DNA of 48,425 nucleotides from an uncultured Clostridia bacterium (lineage in GTDB: Bacteria; Bacillota; Clostridia; UBA1381; CAJOGA01). The first letter of the stretch is position 1; each line of letters starts with the position of its first letter. This document shows positions 47,594 to 48,425 of the stretch, one piece after another. Where the stretch lies: assembly GCA_905233855.1 (NCBI GenBank), contig CAJOGA010000007.1:1-48425 (forward strand), read 5' to 3'. Under the pieces are notes generated by a model. The model was not told the origin of the DNA. It did not search any database and was given only the letters and a program-made list of their open reading frames with translations. A program made the translations under genes and the position numbers.

Positions 47594-48033
47594 TACGAAT
47601 CATCGCTCCCGTCTGTATCATTTTGCTTTGCATCTTTAAGCTGAATAAGCTTGTCTTTTATTATATCGGGCATAGGCAGTCCTATTTTAGTCCAGTTTTC
47701 CAATATACTCAGGCCCTCAACGCTTATGTAAAAACCTATGGTTATTGTTCTGATTGCTGGAGATATACCAAGTAAAACATCAAGCCGGACTGCCACAAAC
47801 ACCAGAACAAACATGCCAAACTTTTTCAAAATGCCTTTTGCGGCAATTTTGCTGGATACCTCCTTTGATACAAATGCAGACGCAACCCCCGACACATAAT
47901 CCGCCACGGTAAAGCCCAAAAGCGTCGCCAGCATTAAATCGTATCCGCCGAGCATTGCGGCTATCATGCCGAAAAACGTCATCAAAACAGGAATGTCTTT
48001 TATGTTGAATATCTTATGTAAAAATTCTGACAT
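47593..48033 (-). CDS. Phage holin family protein (Phage_holin_4_1 / TcdE-like, toxin secretion/phage lysis holin)
   Basis: 146 aa with three or more TM helices, the motif ISVEGLSILENW and a charged C-terminal tail. Its ATG overlaps the upstream TGA (ATGA). Confidence 0.85.
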   Translation of the reverse strand: MSEFLHKIFNIKDIPVLMTFFGMIAAMLGGYDLMLATLLGFTVADYVSGVASAFVSKEVSSKIAAKGILKKFGMFVLVFVAVRLDVLLGISPAIRTITIGFYISVEGLSILENWTKIGLPMPDIIKDKLIQLKDAKQNDTDGSDDS

Positions 48034-48425
48034 CAGCTTTCACCTTCCTCAAGCGGCACGTTTTCCTCTTCTTCCATCAAACGCATAATCTCTGCCCGTC
48101 TGTCTGCCTCGGCTTGTTCTTCTGCAAGCACTTCCTGCAAACGACGTTCTTTTTCTGCTTCTACTTCTAACCTTTTTTGAACTGCTTGTTGTTTCGCATT
48201 CGCTATAGATTCCTGCTCTGCTTGTTCATAAGCTTGCTGTAAATCTTCCAAGTCAGCCTCTAAAGCGTTAATTCGGTCTCTGCAGTTTTGTTTTTCAATC
48301 CTTACCGGCTCATATTCTTGTGCCGACATTGCACCGTCAACAAACTTTAATGTTTTATAGTCCAGATTGCTTAACGCTGTTTTCAAACGTTCTATTTGGT
48401 TTATCTTATTTCTGTATTCCTGTAT
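48033..48425 (-). CDS. Coiled-coil, Glu-rich protein, 5'-truncated by the window edge
   Basis: The reading frame stays open upstream of the TTG used by the ORF track (..IQEYRNKINQIERL-KTALSNLDYKTLKFVDG..). The gene therefore probably begins beyond position 48425. Confidence 0.55.
   Translation of the reverse strand: MQEYRNKINQIERLKTALSNLDYKTLKFVDGAMSAQEYEPVRIEKQNCRDRINALEADLEDLQQAYEQAEQESIANAKQQAVQKRLEVEAEKERRLQEVLAEEQAEADRRAEIMRLMEEEENVPLEEGES

Larger units (their letters stand above)
43382..48425 (-). mobile_element. Probable end of a prophage or phage-derived element (holin-containing late operon)
   Basis: Five co-oriented, tightly packed or overlapping genes include a phage-type holin. 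The block ends abruptly at a terminator next to chromosomal surface-protein genes. No integrase or att site is visible in the window. Confidence 0.4.

Overview
This 48.4-kb chromosomal window looks like it comes from a spore-forming, S-layer-bearing Clostridia-type Firmicute. The evidence is spoIIM, a gerA-type germinant receptor operon and many SLH-domain proteins. My hand counts of a few 100-nt stretches gave about 42-51 % GC. Positions 1-24 kb are conserved housekeeping. A minus-strand string runs tyrA-ruvA-ruvB-cell wall amidase and ends in a solitary RAYT-type Y1 transposase gene. It is followed by spoIIM plus a DD-carboxypeptidase, a two-gene ABC exporter, the plus-strand block yicC-remA-gmk-rpoZ-coaBC-priA-def-fmt, a Zn peptidase, tRNA-Ser(GGA), yajC, an M23 peptidase, mecA and tcdA. 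Positions 24.4-28.4 kb hold a germinant receptor operon in the order A, C, small membrane ORF, B. Positions 28.5-43.3 kb form a cell-surface island. It contains two diverged paralogues combining a HEAT-repeat module with a PL4-like (rhamnogalacturonan lyase-like) C-terminal region, one SLH-anchored and one a lipoprotein. These flank an AI-2E transporter, an aspartate aminotransferase and two further SLH proteins. From 43.4 kb to the window end there is a translationally coupled minus-strand operon carrying a phage-type holin but no recognisable endolysin, probably a prophage end. I saw no rRNA or CRISPR. The points most worth a second look are: (1) two inverted GTAG-hairpin REP-like 30-mers inside the RAYT coding sequence, with a compensatory base-pair change; (2) a same-orientation cluster of DnaA boxes, two of them perfect TTATCCACA, in a divergent AT-rich intergenic region far from any dnaA; (3) a hairpin-dense 335-bp block bracketed by two copies of a long perfect palindrome between yajC and the next gene; (4) the holin operon, whose endolysin slot is filled by unknown proteins; (5) the HEAT + PL4-like surface proteins. 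None of these is proven to be a new system, and all functional calls rest on motif recognition by eye.
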